From: Bacteroidota bacterium
GTDB lineage: Bacteria; Bacteroidota; Ignavibacteria; UBA10030
Reading direction: 5' to 3'
DNA length: 64,000 bases
NCBI GenBank assembly: GCA_050015675.1
Contig: JBEKAY010000012.1
Span: 6,952 to 70,951, forward strand
This document shows, in pieces, positions 19,992 to 31,148 of the stretch. Numbering within the stretch: the stretch's first letter is position 1; every line of letters begins with the position of its first letter. A program made the translations under genes and the position numbers. The notes beneath the pieces were generated by a model. That model worked only from the letters and a program-made list of their open reading frames with translations. It had not been told where the DNA came from and searched no databases.

Positions 19992-21127
19992 TGAAAGATG
20001 TGACCAATGAGGAGAATTGTATAAATACATTCGCTAGCGAGGCAGCCGTGACATTCTCTAAGATTTCAATGTATGGAGTTCTATTACTTGTTTGTTTGCT
20101 GGCGTTATCCTGTTCGACGACATCCTATCGAGAAGTGTATCCGATGCTTACAGATGGCAAATACGATTCCGAATTTCCTTATCGCGGATGTTCTGCACAA
20201 CTTGAACAGATTTCAGAATCTGTAAAAATGATCAGTTGTATTGCATATTATAAAAGCTGGGTGTTTCCGTTAGAGGCCAAGGTTCGCAGAGAAGATATTC
20301 GTGATCCATTCCTCAAAGAGAAAGCAGAAAAAGAAGTGTACTTGAATCAAGCTGCATCTGGAAGTGCAACAGTAATATATTGCCAGAATAAGAGAATTGC
20401 ATTATTGACGTGTGCGCACGTTGTCGATTTTAGCGATACGGTTTTTACGTTTTATCATGGAGAAGACAGAAAACAAACGGAATTTATCCAAAGTATCGCC
20501 GTGAAAGATCACCAGACAAATTACGTCGCAGCAATTCAAGGAGTGCAAAATTTAGAAATCTTATCGTTCGACAGGGAAAATGATTTAGCACTTATTGGAC
20601 AGAGAATTGAATCCCCTAGTGTTCCTGCTATTACGGTTTTTAATTATCCACTAGGAAAGGCGAAAGAACTTGAGTGGGGAGCGTTTGTGTACCTATTCGG
20701 GTACCCTGCTGGATATCGGATCGTGACAAAAGCAATTGTTAGCAGTCCGAACAGAGACAAATATGGTTCATTCCTTACTGATGCTGTCTTCAGTAGAGGA
20801 TTCAGCGGCGGCATTGTGCTTGCTATCCGCGATGGTGTTCCGAATTTTGAATTGGTCGGAATGATGAAATTAGTTCCGGGACATCAACAATATTATTTGA
20901 CTCCTGCCAAGGAAGGGGAACAGGTTGAGTTTGATCCCAATATTCCATTTAAAGGCGTTACGTATGCGGAAAGTCGGACGGATATTATTTATGGTATAGC
21001 TCCGGCAATTCCAGCAGAATTGATTGTTGATTTTCTCCAAATAAATCAGCAGAAGCTTATCGACGAAGGATATGATTTGCGGTCTTTTCTCGAACGTCCG
21101 TTATTCGTAAAACCAGAAAATAAATGA
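19985..21127 (+). CDS. Trypsin-like serine protease, probable lipoprotein
   Basis: Triad motifs LLTCAHVV / DLALI / GFSGG; lipobox LALSC. True start may be downstream (about 20069). Confidence 0.75.
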   Translation: MVMKDVTNEENCINTFASEAAVTFSKISMYGVLLLVCLLALSCSTTSYREVYPMLTDGKYDSEFPYRGCSAQLEQISESVKMISCIAYYKSWVFPLEAKVRREDIRDPFLKEKAEKEVYLNQAASGSATVIYCQNKRIALLTCAHVVDFSDTVFTFYHGEDRKQTEFIQSIAVKDHQTNYVAAIQGVQNLEILSFDRENDLALIGQRIESPSVPAITVFNYPLGKAKELEWGAFVYLFGYPAGYRIVTKAIVSSPNRDKYGSFLTDAVFSRGFSGGIVLAIRDGVPNFELVGMMKLVPGHQQYYLTPAKEGEQVEFDPNIPFKGVTYAESRTDIIYGIAPAIPAELIVDFLQINQQKLIDEGYDLRSFLERPLFVKPENK

Positions 21128-22437
21128 ATCTTGTAGAAAGTATACGCAAAGCCGGCGTTGTTGGATGCGGTGGTGCTGGATTCCCTTCGCAAGTGAAAGC
21201 CGCATCGAAAGTTGAAATTGTGGTTGCGAACGGGGCAGAATGCGAACCCCTTCTCCACAAAGATTTAGAATTAATGATTCGTGAACCGGAAGCAATAGTG
21301 AGCGGAATGAAACTATTGATGTCGGTGACCGGTGCGCAGCACGGAATTATTGGTGTGAAAAAGAAGCATGAAGATACGTTAAATGGAATAAGATCAGCTT
21401 TGCGCGGTACGAACATTACACCGCAGTTCCTTGGAGATTATTATCCAACAGGCGACGAATATGTGCTGGTGTACGAAACAACGAAACGTCTCATTCCTCC
21501 GCAAGGGATTCCTCTCGATGTTGGCGTTCTTGTGCAGAATGTAGAAACACTACGGAATCTTCACCTCGCGGCTCAAGATCATCCGTCCATAACAAAATAT
21601 ATTTCCATAGCCGGCGCGGTCGCGCATCCTTCCACATTTGAAGTACCTATTGGCATTTCGTTTGTCGATGTTATCAAAGCGGCGGGCGGCGCTACAGTTC
21701 CGGACTATGCAGTATTCGTAAGCGGAATAATGATGGGAAAACTCGAAACAGATTTGACGCTTCCAATTACCAAAACCTGTGCGGGACTGATCATTCTTCC
21801 AACGACGCATCGTCTTGTGCAAAGAAAAAGTTTGCCAACGGAAGCGATGCATCGTATTGGAAAATCGGCGTGCGACCAATGCAGTTTCTGCACGGAGTTC
21901 TGTCCGCGCTATTTATTAGGTTACGATGTTCAACCGCACAAAGTAATGCGGAGCTTGTCCTTCACAGCTACTGGTGAAGATATTTGGAATCAGTCGGCGC
22001 AATTATGTTGTGCGTGCGGTTTGTGCACACTGTATTCCTGCCCAGAAGATTTATATCCAAAGGAAGCCTGCGATAAAGCAAAAACTGATTTACATGCAAA
22101 AGAGATAAAATGGATCGGCGACCGCGATGTTCATATTCATCCGATCTATGATGGACGGCATGTCCCACTGAAAAAACTGGTAGCCAAATTGGGAATAGAA
22201 GAATATGATAAACGGGCACACTTTATTGAGAAAAATTTTTCCCCTGATCAAGTCCGATTGCCGCTTTTACAGCATCTTGGAACACCAGCAAAAGCAATTG
22301 TATCAATCGGGCAGAAAGTGAAAGCTGGCGAACCTGTCGCAGATATACCGGAAGGAAAACTTGGTGCACGTATTCATACAAGTATCGATGGCCTGGTGAA
22401 ATCCGTAGATGGTGAGATTATTATTAAACGAGCTTGA
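21124..22437 (+). CDS. PduS/RnfC-like Fe-S flavoprotein (microcompartment-associated)
   Basis: AGVVGCGGAGFP, NGAECEPLL, SLBB domain, CDQCSFCTEFCPR and CCACGLCTLYSCP, C-terminal LPLLQHLGTPA..VSIGQKV. Confidence 0.88.
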   Translation: MNLVESIRKAGVVGCGGAGFPSQVKAASKVEIVVANGAECEPLLHKDLELMIREPEAIVSGMKLLMSVTGAQHGIIGVKKKHEDTLNGIRSALRGTNITPQFLGDYYPTGDEYVLVYETTKRLIPPQGIPLDVGVLVQNVETLRNLHLAAQDHPSITKYISIAGAVAHPSTFEVPIGISFVDVIKAAGGATVPDYAVFVSGIMMGKLETDLTLPITKTCAGLIILPTTHRLVQRKSLPTEAMHRIGKSACDQCSFCTEFCPRYLLGYDVQPHKVMRSLSFTATGEDIWNQSAQLCCACGLCTLYSCPEDLYPKEACDKAKTDLHAKEIKWIGDRDVHIHPIYDGRHVPLKKLVAKLGIEEYDKRAHFIEKNFSPDQVRLPLLQHLGTPAKAIVSIGQKVKAGEPVADIPEGKLGARIHTSIDGLVKSVDGEIIIKRA

Positions 22438-22445
22438 AAGAGTGA

Positions 22446-23003
22446 ATGACCATGGAAATGAACGCGATAGGATTAATTGAATTAACAAGTATTGCGGCAG
22501 GTTTCAATACTGCTGATGCAATGCTGAAGGCATCTGCTGTGGAATTATTGCTGTCGCGCAGTATATGTTCCGGCAAATACATTGTGCTTATCGGCGGCGA
22601 TGTGGCAGCGGTGCGTGCGGGTGTTGATGCTGGAAAAGAAGCAAGTAGGGGAATGATCGTAGACACATTTGTTATTCCAAATGTTCATCGGGATGTATTT
22701 CCCGCTATTACCGGTATAACGCAAGTGCAAATGCTCGAGGCGTTGGGCATTGTGGAATCGTTCAGTGTTGCATCGCTCATTGAGGCTGCGGATGCTGCCG
22801 TCAAGACTGCACGCGTTCAATTGATAGAAATTCGTTTGGCGATGGCGCTTGGCGGCAAAGCGTTCGTCACCATGACCGGCGATGTTGCTTCCATTACTTC
22901 TGCGGTTGATGCGGCGGCGGCTGTGTGTTCGGAACGAGGATTGTTAGTGAACAAAGTTGTCATTCCAAATCCGCGCAAAGAATTGTTAAAAGAAATCGTC
23001 TAA
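22446..23003 (+). CDS. Tandem-domain BMC shell protein (PduT-like BMC-T)
   Basis: Two BMC domains (AIGLIELTSIAAG..ADAMLK; ALGIVESFS..AADAAVK); SICSGKY carries the PduT Fe-S Cys. Confidence 0.92.
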   Translation: MTMEMNAIGLIELTSIAAGFNTADAMLKASAVELLLSRSICSGKYIVLIGGDVAAVRAGVDAGKEASRGMIVDTFVIPNVHRDVFPAITGITQVQMLEALGIVESFSVASLIEAADAAVKTARVQLIEIRLAMALGGKAFVTMTGDVASITSAVDAAAAVCSERGLLVNKVVIPNPRKELLKEIV

Positions 23004-23054
23004 GTTTTTGTCCTCCAAAGTGAACTTTATTCTATTTCTGCCGTAATACTGTGC

Positions 23055-24206
23055 GTGAATAGAAAATCAAAAATAAACACTATGACTCCTCGAATACCTC
23101 GCTTTATTCAAGGCTTACATAACATTCTCACTCGCGATCTCACATGGGATGATCTGAACAAATCACTCAACGAAGATATGCGCGGAATGTACGAATTTTA
23201 TGCACGAAGCATGAAATCCGTTGAGGGGGAACGAAAAGGAATTAAACGATCGATTAAATTTATGTGGCATCTCTTCGTTGCCTTTCTTTTGAAACTGACA
23301 CCACCGCGACGATTGATGTATGCGATCGCATTTGTGTTTATCATCGTTGCAGTGTCCGAGGGAAAAGCTGCTTCCGCAATCTATTCTTTTATTGTCGTTA
23401 CATTTTTATTGGCGATGGAACTTGCCGACAAGCTGATCACAAAAGATGAGTTAAGTGTCGCACGGGACATTCAACTGAGTCTTCAACCGACCAGTGATGT
23501 GATGATTCCGGGATATGAACTCATCGCGTATAGTGAAGCAGCAAAGCAAGTTGGCGGTGACTATTATGATATTCTCAATCTTCCGGATAGCAGTACGTTG
23601 GCCGTTATTGGAGATGTTTCCGGGAAAGGTATTTCATCGGCGCTTTATGTTGTGAAGATGCAAACTGCCCTTCAGCTCTTTGCAACGGAAACAAATGATC
23701 CGCGAGAATTGCTCCTTCGGCTTAATTCGCATGTATATGGACAGCTCAAACGAAATTACTTCCTTTCACTCTTCTTAGTAAAGCTGTGTTCCGATGGAAA
23801 TGTGGAATTGTGTCGTGCAGGTCATCCGCCGGCACTGTTATGCCGCGCAGCTGATAATTCAATTACCTGGCTGAAGCCCAAAGGTATTGCTGTGGGGATG
23901 GTACCTTCATTTAATGGTGGTGTTGACTCTGAACAGAAGAGTACTTGCTTTGGTGATTCACTCGAAACGCAGTCTGTTACGTTGGAGCAAGGCGATGTGC
24001 TTTTCCTTTTTACAGACGGCGTGATCGAATCTGTTGATACAGATGGGAAAGAATATGGGCTGGATAGAATTGCTGTGTTGATAAAATATTGCGCGGGAAA
24101 AACTATCGAACAAATGCGTCAGCATATTATTACCGAACTTTCCCGATATCGAGCAGGTGCAGACCTAAGAGACGACACCACATTTGTGCTGTTGAAACGG
24201 AAATAG
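23055..24206 (+). CDS. Membrane-anchored PP2C/SpoIIE family phosphatase
   Basis: ARDIQ, VGGDYYD, IGDVSGKG, AGHPP, FTDGVIE, DDTT; N-terminal TM helices. Start may be 23082. Confidence 0.92.
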   Translation: MNRKSKINTMTPRIPRFIQGLHNILTRDLTWDDLNKSLNEDMRGMYEFYARSMKSVEGERKGIKRSIKFMWHLFVAFLLKLTPPRRLMYAIAFVFIIVAVSEGKAASAIYSFIVVTFLLAMELADKLITKDELSVARDIQLSLQPTSDVMIPGYELIAYSEAAKQVGGDYYDILNLPDSSTLAVIGDVSGKGISSALYVVKMQTALQLFATETNDPRELLLRLNSHVYGQLKRNYFLSLFLVKLCSDGNVELCRAGHPPALLCRAADNSITWLKPKGIAVGMVPSFNGGVDSEQKSTCFGDSLETQSVTLEQGDVLFLFTDGVIESVDTDGKEYGLDRIAVLIKYCAGKTIEQMRQHIITELSRYRAGADLRDDTTFVLLKRK

Positions 24207-24210
24207 CTCA

Positions 24211-24933
24211 TTACAAATTTGATTTTTTGATGGAAGACTTGCCAGAATCATTCTGCATCTTAAGCAATTCACTTACTTTTGAAAATATAAATCCTTTAGC
24301 GCGAAGCGCTTGAATAATCTCAGGTAATGCTTCGGATGTGTGCCAGCCGCGGCCATTCACGTGCATTACTATAATAGAGCCATTTCGCGTGCTTGCAACA
24401 ACGTACTGAATAAGACGTTCTCGCGAAATGGTAGAGTCTGGATCGCCTGAAGCGAGATCGTACATCACAGTGGTGAGACCAATATTCTTCGCGATATATT
24501 CGACTCGTTGATCCGTCTCAACAAACGGCGGCCGAAAAAGTTTTGACGAAGTTCCAGCAATACGTTTCAATAGGGATTGCGTCCGTTCAAGTTCATGCCT
24601 AAGACTATCATCCGGAATATTTGTACAGTGTGGATGCGAGTAACTGTGGTTGCCTAGCTCAAATCCCGGTACTAATGCAAGTTTCTTTACTTCGTTTTGA
24701 TGTCTTTTGATCCATTTACCGCTTAGAAAAAATGTTGCAGGCACGCCAGAATCAACAAGAGTCTGGACAATACGTGCATCAAATCCGCCATGTGAGGAAG
24801 AAGGACATGCATCGAATGTCAACGCAATTTTCTTTTCGTGTCTGGAACCATGGAACAGCGCTTGCGCATCGGCTTGCATAGATCGCATCAAAAAAAGACT
24901 AAGAAGAAAGATAAGTCGGGAAAGTAGTGTCAT
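24211..24933 (-). CDS. Polysaccharide deacetylase (NodB/CE4)
   Basis: IALTFDAC, ATFF, GNHSYSHP, FRPPF, IIVMH. Confidence 0.92.
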   Translation of the reverse strand: MTLLSRLIFLLSLFLMRSMQADAQALFHGSRHEKKIALTFDACPSSSHGGFDARIVQTLVDSGVPATFFLSGKWIKRHQNEVKKLALVPGFELGNHSYSHPHCTNIPDDSLRHELERTQSLLKRIAGTSSKLFRPPFVETDQRVEYIAKNIGLTTVMYDLASGDPDSTISRERLIQYVVASTRNGSIIVMHVNGRGWHTSEALPEIIQALRAKGFIFSKVSELLKMQNDSGKSSIKKSNL

Positions 24934-24957
24934 AAATTAACAAAGTAGGACGTATAT

Positions 24958-24985
24958 AAAAGTGCCTCCTGTAGATCAGGAGGCA
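24958..24985 (-). terminator. Intrinsic terminator for the small ORF
   Basis: Minus strand TGCCTCCTG-atcta-CAGGAGGCA then CTTTT. Confidence 0.75.
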
Positions 24986-25012
24986 AATATTGATTTCAAC
25001 ACGCTTTTATGT

Positions 25013-25186
25013 TTAGTGAAATGAATGTCCTCCTCGAACATGACCCGCCGTGACACTCAATCCAATGCGCTGTCGGTTCGTCTTTTGATCTCTGAGTCTT
25101 AACTTGAACTCAGTGCTTCCCAGTTTCCGCTGGAGCATCTTGTTGATTTTTAGTTCCTTCGGCAGTTGTATGTTAGCAGGTTTCAT
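25013..25186 (-). CDS. Small basic protein of unknown function (57 aa)
   Basis: ATG at 25186 preceded by AAGGAGGAG; own promoter and terminator. Sequence MKPANIQLPKELKINKMLQRKLGSTEFKLRLRDQKTNRQRIGLSVTAGHVRGGHSFH. Confidence 0.72.
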   Translation of the reverse strand: MKPANIQLPKELKINKMLQRKLGSTEFKLRLRDQKTNRQRIGLSVTAGHVRGGHSFH

Positions 25187-25244
25187 TAACTCCTCCTTAT
25201 ATTTATGTAAGAAGAATAAACTAATGAATTTCAGCATCTGCAAA

Positions 25245-25273
25245 ATAATACTGACTTGCTTCCCAATTGTCAA
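25245..25273 (-). promoter_or_regulatory. Sigma70-type promoter of the small ORF
   Basis: Minus strand TTGACA-N17-TATTAT. Confidence 0.75.
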
Positions 25274-25342
25274 GTGATTGTGAATAATTTCTAGTTGCTC
25301 GGCGGGCACTTTTTCTCTATATTTCAATATGTAATAACAAAT

Positions 25343-25414
25343 GCTGAAGTAGCTCAGTGGTAGAGCAGCGGTTTCGTAAACCGCAGGTCGTGGGTTCAAC
25401 TCCCACCTTCAGCT
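25343..25414 (+). tRNA. tRNA-Thr (CGT)
   Basis: Cloverleaf GCTGAAG..CTTCAGC; anticodon arm GCGGT-TTCGTAA-ACCGC; T-loop GGTTCAACT; CCA not encoded. Confidence 0.96.
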
Positions 25415-25432
25415 CACTATGAATTTATTAGC

Positions 25433-25457
25433 AATCCGCCATAGGCGGTTTTTTTTT
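25433..25457 (+). terminator. Terminator after tRNA-Thr
   Basis: CCGCC-ata-GGCGG followed by 9 T. Confidence 0.75.
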
Positions 25458-25485
25458 GTCTTTCATATACAAATGAACGCCAACA

Positions 25486-26049
25486 ATGTCGTTTTATGAA
25501 GTTATTCTTATAGCGCTCGGTTTAGCGGCGGATGCATTTGCGGTTTCGGTAGCCGCCGGATCAACAGGTGCAACGCGTGGGCATCGCTCTATGCTTCGAT
25601 TATCGTTTCATTTTGGACTTTTCCAATTTCTCATGCCCATCCTTGGTTGGCTTGCAGGCTTAAGTATTGAACGTTATGTCCAATCATTCGATCACTGGAT
25701 TGTGTTTGGATTGCTTACATGGGTTGCTGTCCATATGATTCGATCTGCACAAGCGGATGAGGAAAGCATTGTTCAGCAAGATCCAAGTCGAGGAATGATG
25801 TTGGTTGTTCTTTCGGTCGCAACGAGTTTGGATGCGTTAGCGATTGGACTAAGTTTGGCGCTTCTGCAAGTTTCTATCTGGTATCCCTCGGTTGTGATCG
25901 GTGTCGTCACTGGTGCGACATCATTCATTGGTATTCTGCTTGGTCAAAGATTTTCAAGAAAATTCGGTAGAAGAGCGGCAAAGACGGGAGGTGTGCTGCT
26001 CATTATTATTGGCATCCGAATCCTGTTAGCTCACATTTATTCTCTCTAA
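25486..26049 (+). CDS. mntP: Manganese efflux pump MntP
   Basis: ALGLAADAFAVS, FGLFQFLMP, DHWI, ATSLDALAIG. Confidence 0.92.
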   Translation: MSFYEVILIALGLAADAFAVSVAAGSTGATRGHRSMLRLSFHFGLFQFLMPILGWLAGLSIERYVQSFDHWIVFGLLTWVAVHMIRSAQADEESIVQQDPSRGMMLVVLSVATSLDALAIGLSLALLQVSIWYPSVVIGVVTGATSFIGILLGQRFSRKFGRRAAKTGGVLLIIIGIRILLAHIYSL

Positions 26050-26146
26050 TCTCCCATGTACTAAAAAAGGTACGCGAAAAAATGATTGATTGTGGTGGCA
26101 TCTTTTCATAATATAGTTCAGTTTTGTAATAAATTTTTCTTGTTGA

Positions 26147-27565
<1,419 letters not shown>

Positions 27566-27567
27566 TT

Positions 27568-27978
27568 ATGGCAGATAAGACTTTCCATTTGGAAATTGTG
27601 ACACCAAAACGCATCGTGTTCAAAGGTGAAGTCACGAGCTTTAGTGCGCCAGGCATTGATGGGGGATTTCAAGTGCTTCACAGCCATGCACCGTTGCTCG
27701 CGTCTGTTAAGATTGGCAAAGTAAAAATTATCGAGGCAAGCGGAACTGAGTCTCATTATGCAATTTCGGGCGGGTTTGTTGAAGTGAGAGAGAACAACGT
27801 AATTCTATTGGCAGAGACAGCTGAACGTACCGATGAAATTGATGTGGAGCGAGTGAAAGCGGCACGCAATCGTGCGTTGAAACGGTTAGCGGAGAAGTAT
27901 CCTGATACCGATATTGAACGTGCAAAACTTGCTCTCTATCGTGCGCTGAACCGTTTAAAGATTGCCGGCGTAAATTAA
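27568..27978 (+). CDS. atpC: F1F0 ATP synthase epsilon subunit
   Basis: LEIVTP, HAPL, SGGFVEV, EIDVER; directly after atpD. Confidence 0.97.
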   Translation: MADKTFHLEIVTPKRIVFKGEVTSFSAPGIDGGFQVLHSHAPLLASVKIGKVKIIEASGTESHYAISGGFVEVRENNVILLAETAERTDEIDVERVKAARNRALKRLAEKYPDTDIERAKLALYRALNRLKIAGVN

Positions 27979-27981
27979 TTT

Positions 27982-28012
27982 AAAACCCACTGAAATGATC
28001 AGTGGGTTTTTT
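27982..28012 (+). terminator. Intrinsic terminator after atpC
   Basis: AAAACCCACTGA-aatga-TCAGTGGGTTTT plus TT. Confidence 0.85.
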
Positions 28013-28029
28013 ACTCGTAGGGATCAGAA

Positions 28030-29181
28030 ATGATTGCTGGAATTGAAACCTATAAGAATAGACCTACCCGTGCAGAAATATCCTTTGAAAACCTGCGCAA
28101 TAATTTTTCTATTGTCAAATCATTAATAAACAACGATGTAAAAATAATGGCGATGGTCAAGGCAAATGCGTATGGCCATGGACTCTATGAAATATCCAAC
28201 GAGCTTTTAAAACAAGGAGTTGATTATTTAGGTGTTGCGGTTCTCGAAGAAGGAGTATATTTGCGAGAGCGTGGAATTACCGCTCCAATTCTTGTACTTG
28301 GCCCCATCAATGCAGATCAGATTGCTGCGTTTATTACTCATGACATTGAAATTACAAGCTCATCAATTGATAAATCGATTAGCATTGCCGCTATGGCAAA
28401 AGAGATGCGGAAAGTTGCATTGGTTCATTTAAAAATCGATACCGGTATGGAGCGAATCGGTGTACACTGGTACAATGCTGAACGATTCATCGAAAAATCG
28501 TACGAGTTGGAATCAATCAAGATAAAAGGTATATTCTCGCATCTGGCAAAAGCAGAATCGGATGCCGACTGTACGACCCAACAGTTGAGTCGTTTTGAAT
28601 CGGTATTGAAGAGCATGGAGAAAAAGAAACTTCTGCCCGAACTCGTTCACCTTGCCAACTCTGCAGGGATCATGAATTATAAGGATTCACATTATTCGAT
28701 GGTACGGCCCGGAATAATGTTGTACGGATATAATCCGAACGGATATCTGCCGGATGTTACATTTGATGGCAAGAAGTTGAAGCCAGTGATGACGCTGAAG
28801 ACAAAAGTTGCCTTTTTTAAGGTAGTTCCCGCTCATACCGGAATAAGTTATAACCACACTTACACTACCAAGGATGAAACGCGCATCGTTACACTTCCCA
28901 TGGGATATGGTGACGGATATTTCCGTCTGCTTTCGAATAAAGGTGAGGCCGTCATACGTGGAAAAAAATATCCGGTGGTAGGATCTATTTGCATGGATCA
29001 ATGCATGGTAGATATTGGTATGGATGGCACGGCATATAATGGAGATGACGTTTTACTGTTTGGTGAAATGGACGGCTTTACGATCCCGCTTGAATCCCTC
29101 TGCGATCAAATCGGGACAATCACGTATGAGTTCCTGTGCGGGATCAGCTCACGTGTTCCACGAATCTATAGGACAATATGA
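28030..29181 (+). CDS. alr: Alanine racemase
   Basis: MVKANAYGHG, KIDTGMERIG, VRPGIMLYG, GYGDG, CMDQ. Confidence 0.97.
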   Translation: MIAGIETYKNRPTRAEISFENLRNNFSIVKSLINNDVKIMAMVKANAYGHGLYEISNELLKQGVDYLGVAVLEEGVYLRERGITAPILVLGPINADQIAAFITHDIEITSSSIDKSISIAAMAKEMRKVALVHLKIDTGMERIGVHWYNAERFIEKSYELESIKIKGIFSHLAKAESDADCTTQQLSRFESVLKSMEKKKLLPELVHLANSAGIMNYKDSHYSMVRPGIMLYGYNPNGYLPDVTFDGKKLKPVMTLKTKVAFFKVVPAHTGISYNHTYTTKDETRIVTLPMGYGDGYFRLLSNKGEAVIRGKKYPVVGSICMDQCMVDIGMDGTAYNGDDVLLFGEMDGFTIPLESLCDQIGTITYEFLCGISSRVPRIYRTI

Positions 29182-30044
29182 ATCGCACTCAGAAATACAT
29201 CTCTCTTCTCCTCGAGCGTTTACCAAAATATGAACTTCGCTCGTACGAACATCAGACCTGTCTCGATCGAATTCGCGATCGAGTTTCGTCCACTTCGGAT
29301 ATTCATGCGGAACTTTTACACTTGTATAAAGTAAAGGGTTGTGCTGATTTTGCCCTTAGCTTGATGTGGATTGCGGACAAGGTAGAAAAGGATTTTACCA
29401 AGGAAGAATCAACGATCGATGAAGAGACGCTCGTATTTTCCAAATTCCGACAGGCAATAGGAGATGAATCTCCTTCAGGGCAAGAATCGGATACCGCTGG
29501 AACGATGATTGATTTTCCCGGTTCGCAAAAAATGAGGTCAACGCCAATGCCTGCGCCGAAATCAGAATTCGATCTTTCATCGCAACCGGAATTTCAATCA
29601 ATTCCGGCACCGGGGCCATCGATAGATTCGATATTTGGTACGGCGGCACAAGTTCCTGAACTGACACAGCCGACGGACAGCGGATCGACTACCGGGAGTG
29701 AACAAGAACATAATTTTGCCCTCCTGCTGGAAAAATTTTTAGAGGCCGTGCAAAGCGGTAATGACGCCCGAACAAATTTGTTGACTGATGTTATGAATGA
29801 ATGTAATACAATTCTTGCCGCTAGCTCTGCGGCAGAAGATTACAAAAAGTTTTGTACGTTGCTTAGAGGTTTTCTTAACTATATCTCAAATAATCAGTAC
29901 CTCGATGATATCCGTGTGATGAATATCCTTTCCAATATTCAAGATCCATATGCTCAATGGGCACGAACCGAACCAAACAATCGAGCTGGCCTTTTGGACG
30001 CGGTGAACGATACTCTCCATGATTTCAAAAATATGTTTGAATAA
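29178..30044 (+). CDS. Hypothetical protein (two helical domains with a Pro/Ser/acidic linker)
   Basis: 288-aa ORF coupled to alr by an ATGA overlap and closely followed by manC; no family recognised. Confidence 0.7.
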   Translation: MNRTQKYISLLLERLPKYELRSYEHQTCLDRIRDRVSSTSDIHAELLHLYKVKGCADFALSLMWIADKVEKDFTKEESTIDEETLVFSKFRQAIGDESPSGQESDTAGTMIDFPGSQKMRSTPMPAPKSEFDLSSQPEFQSIPAPGPSIDSIFGTAAQVPELTQPTDSGSTTGSEQEHNFALLLEKFLEAVQSGNDARTNLLTDVMNECNTILAASSAAEDYKKFCTLLRGFLNYISNNQYLDDIRVMNILSNIQDPYAQWARTEPNNRAGLLDAVNDTLHDFKNMFE

Positions 30045-30049
30045 GGGAA

Positions 30050-31141
30050 ATGAATCAGCCTAATATCTACGCAGTAATAATGGCAGGTGGTATCGGATCG
30101 CGTTTCTGGCCTCAAAGTCGTGAACGATCACCCAAGCAAGTTCTAGAAATTGTCGGCTCTGGCTCTATGATTTCCAATACTATCGCGCGCATTCAGCCGA
30201 TGGTTCAATCGGATAAAGTACTAGTGGTAACAAACAAGCTTCAAAAAGATATTATCCACAAGCAGGTGCCTTCACTGCCGTTGCAAAATGTGCTTACTGA
30301 ACCACTTGGGAGAAATACAGCGCCGTGCATCGGACTTGCCGCGAAATGGGTTAGTCGCTATGATCCGAACGCTATTATGATCATTCTTCCGGCAGATCAT
30401 ATCATTCGGGATACAGGAGAATTTTTACACGTACTCCAGCGAGCAGTTCACGTGGCTCAGGAAAGTGATGCGTTAGTGACTATAGGTATCAAACCAACGC
30501 ATCCCGAAACAGGATACGGTTATATCCAATTTGAAGATTCTTCAGAAAAGAATCCGTATGCAGCCGATAGCATTTACCGAGTAAAGACGTTTGCTGAGAA
30601 GCCCAATCTTGAAACAGCAGAAAAATTTTTAAGGAGCGGCGATTTCCTTTGGAACAGCGGGATGTTTATCTGGAAAGCGAGTGTAATTCTGCAGGAAATC
30701 GAAAAACATATTCCAGAACTTGGCGAACAGTTGACAAAGTTAGAACATGCAATTGACACAGAAACTTACCAGGCGACGCTTGAACGCGTTTATGGTGTCA
30801 TTCGCAGCATATCCATCGATTACGGTGTCATGGAAAAAGCATCGAAGGTTTTTGTGGCGAAAGGAGATTTCGGATGGAGCGATGTTGGCTCGTGGGATGA
30901 AGTGGTTCGTTTAACACCAATCGATGGAGAAGGCAATGCATTGCGCGGAACGGTCATCGCAAAAGATTCGCATCGTAACTATATTGACGCAGGCAACAAA
31001 GTGGTAGCGACGATTGGCATTGAAGATGTCATCGTGGTAGTAACAGATGACGCTGTGTTGATTTGCAAAAAAGGAAGATCACAAGATGTTAAGGAGGTTG
31101 TGGATTACCTCCGGCGCAAACAAATCAATGGACTGTTGTAG
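30050..31141 (+). CDS. manC: Mannose-1-phosphate guanylyltransferase
   Basis: [58 protein letters not shown]. Confidence 0.95.
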   Translation: MNQPNIYAVIMAGGIGSRFWPQSRERSPKQVLEIVGSGSMISNTIARIQPMVQSDKVLVVTNKLQKDIIHKQVPSLPLQNVLTEPLGRNTAPCIGLAAKWVSRYDPNAIMIILPADHIIRDTGEFLHVLQRAVHVAQESDALVTIGIKPTHPETGYGYIQFEDSSEKNPYAADSIYRVKTFAEKPNLETAEKFLRSGDFLWNSGMFIWKASVILQEIEKHIPELGEQLTKLEHAIDTETYQATLERVYGVIRSISIDYGVMEKASKVFVAKGDFGWSDVGSWDEVVRLTPIDGEGNALRGTVIAKDSHRNYIDAGNKVVATIGIEDVIVVVTDDAVLICKKGRSQDVKEVVDYLRRKQINGLL

Positions 31142-31148
31142 GCAGTGG

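Noticed and set aside
25187-25399. 128-aa ORF 25013..25399 as given in the track
   Set aside because: Its 5' part is antisense to tRNA-Thr and spans promoters. The RBS-supported start is 25186.
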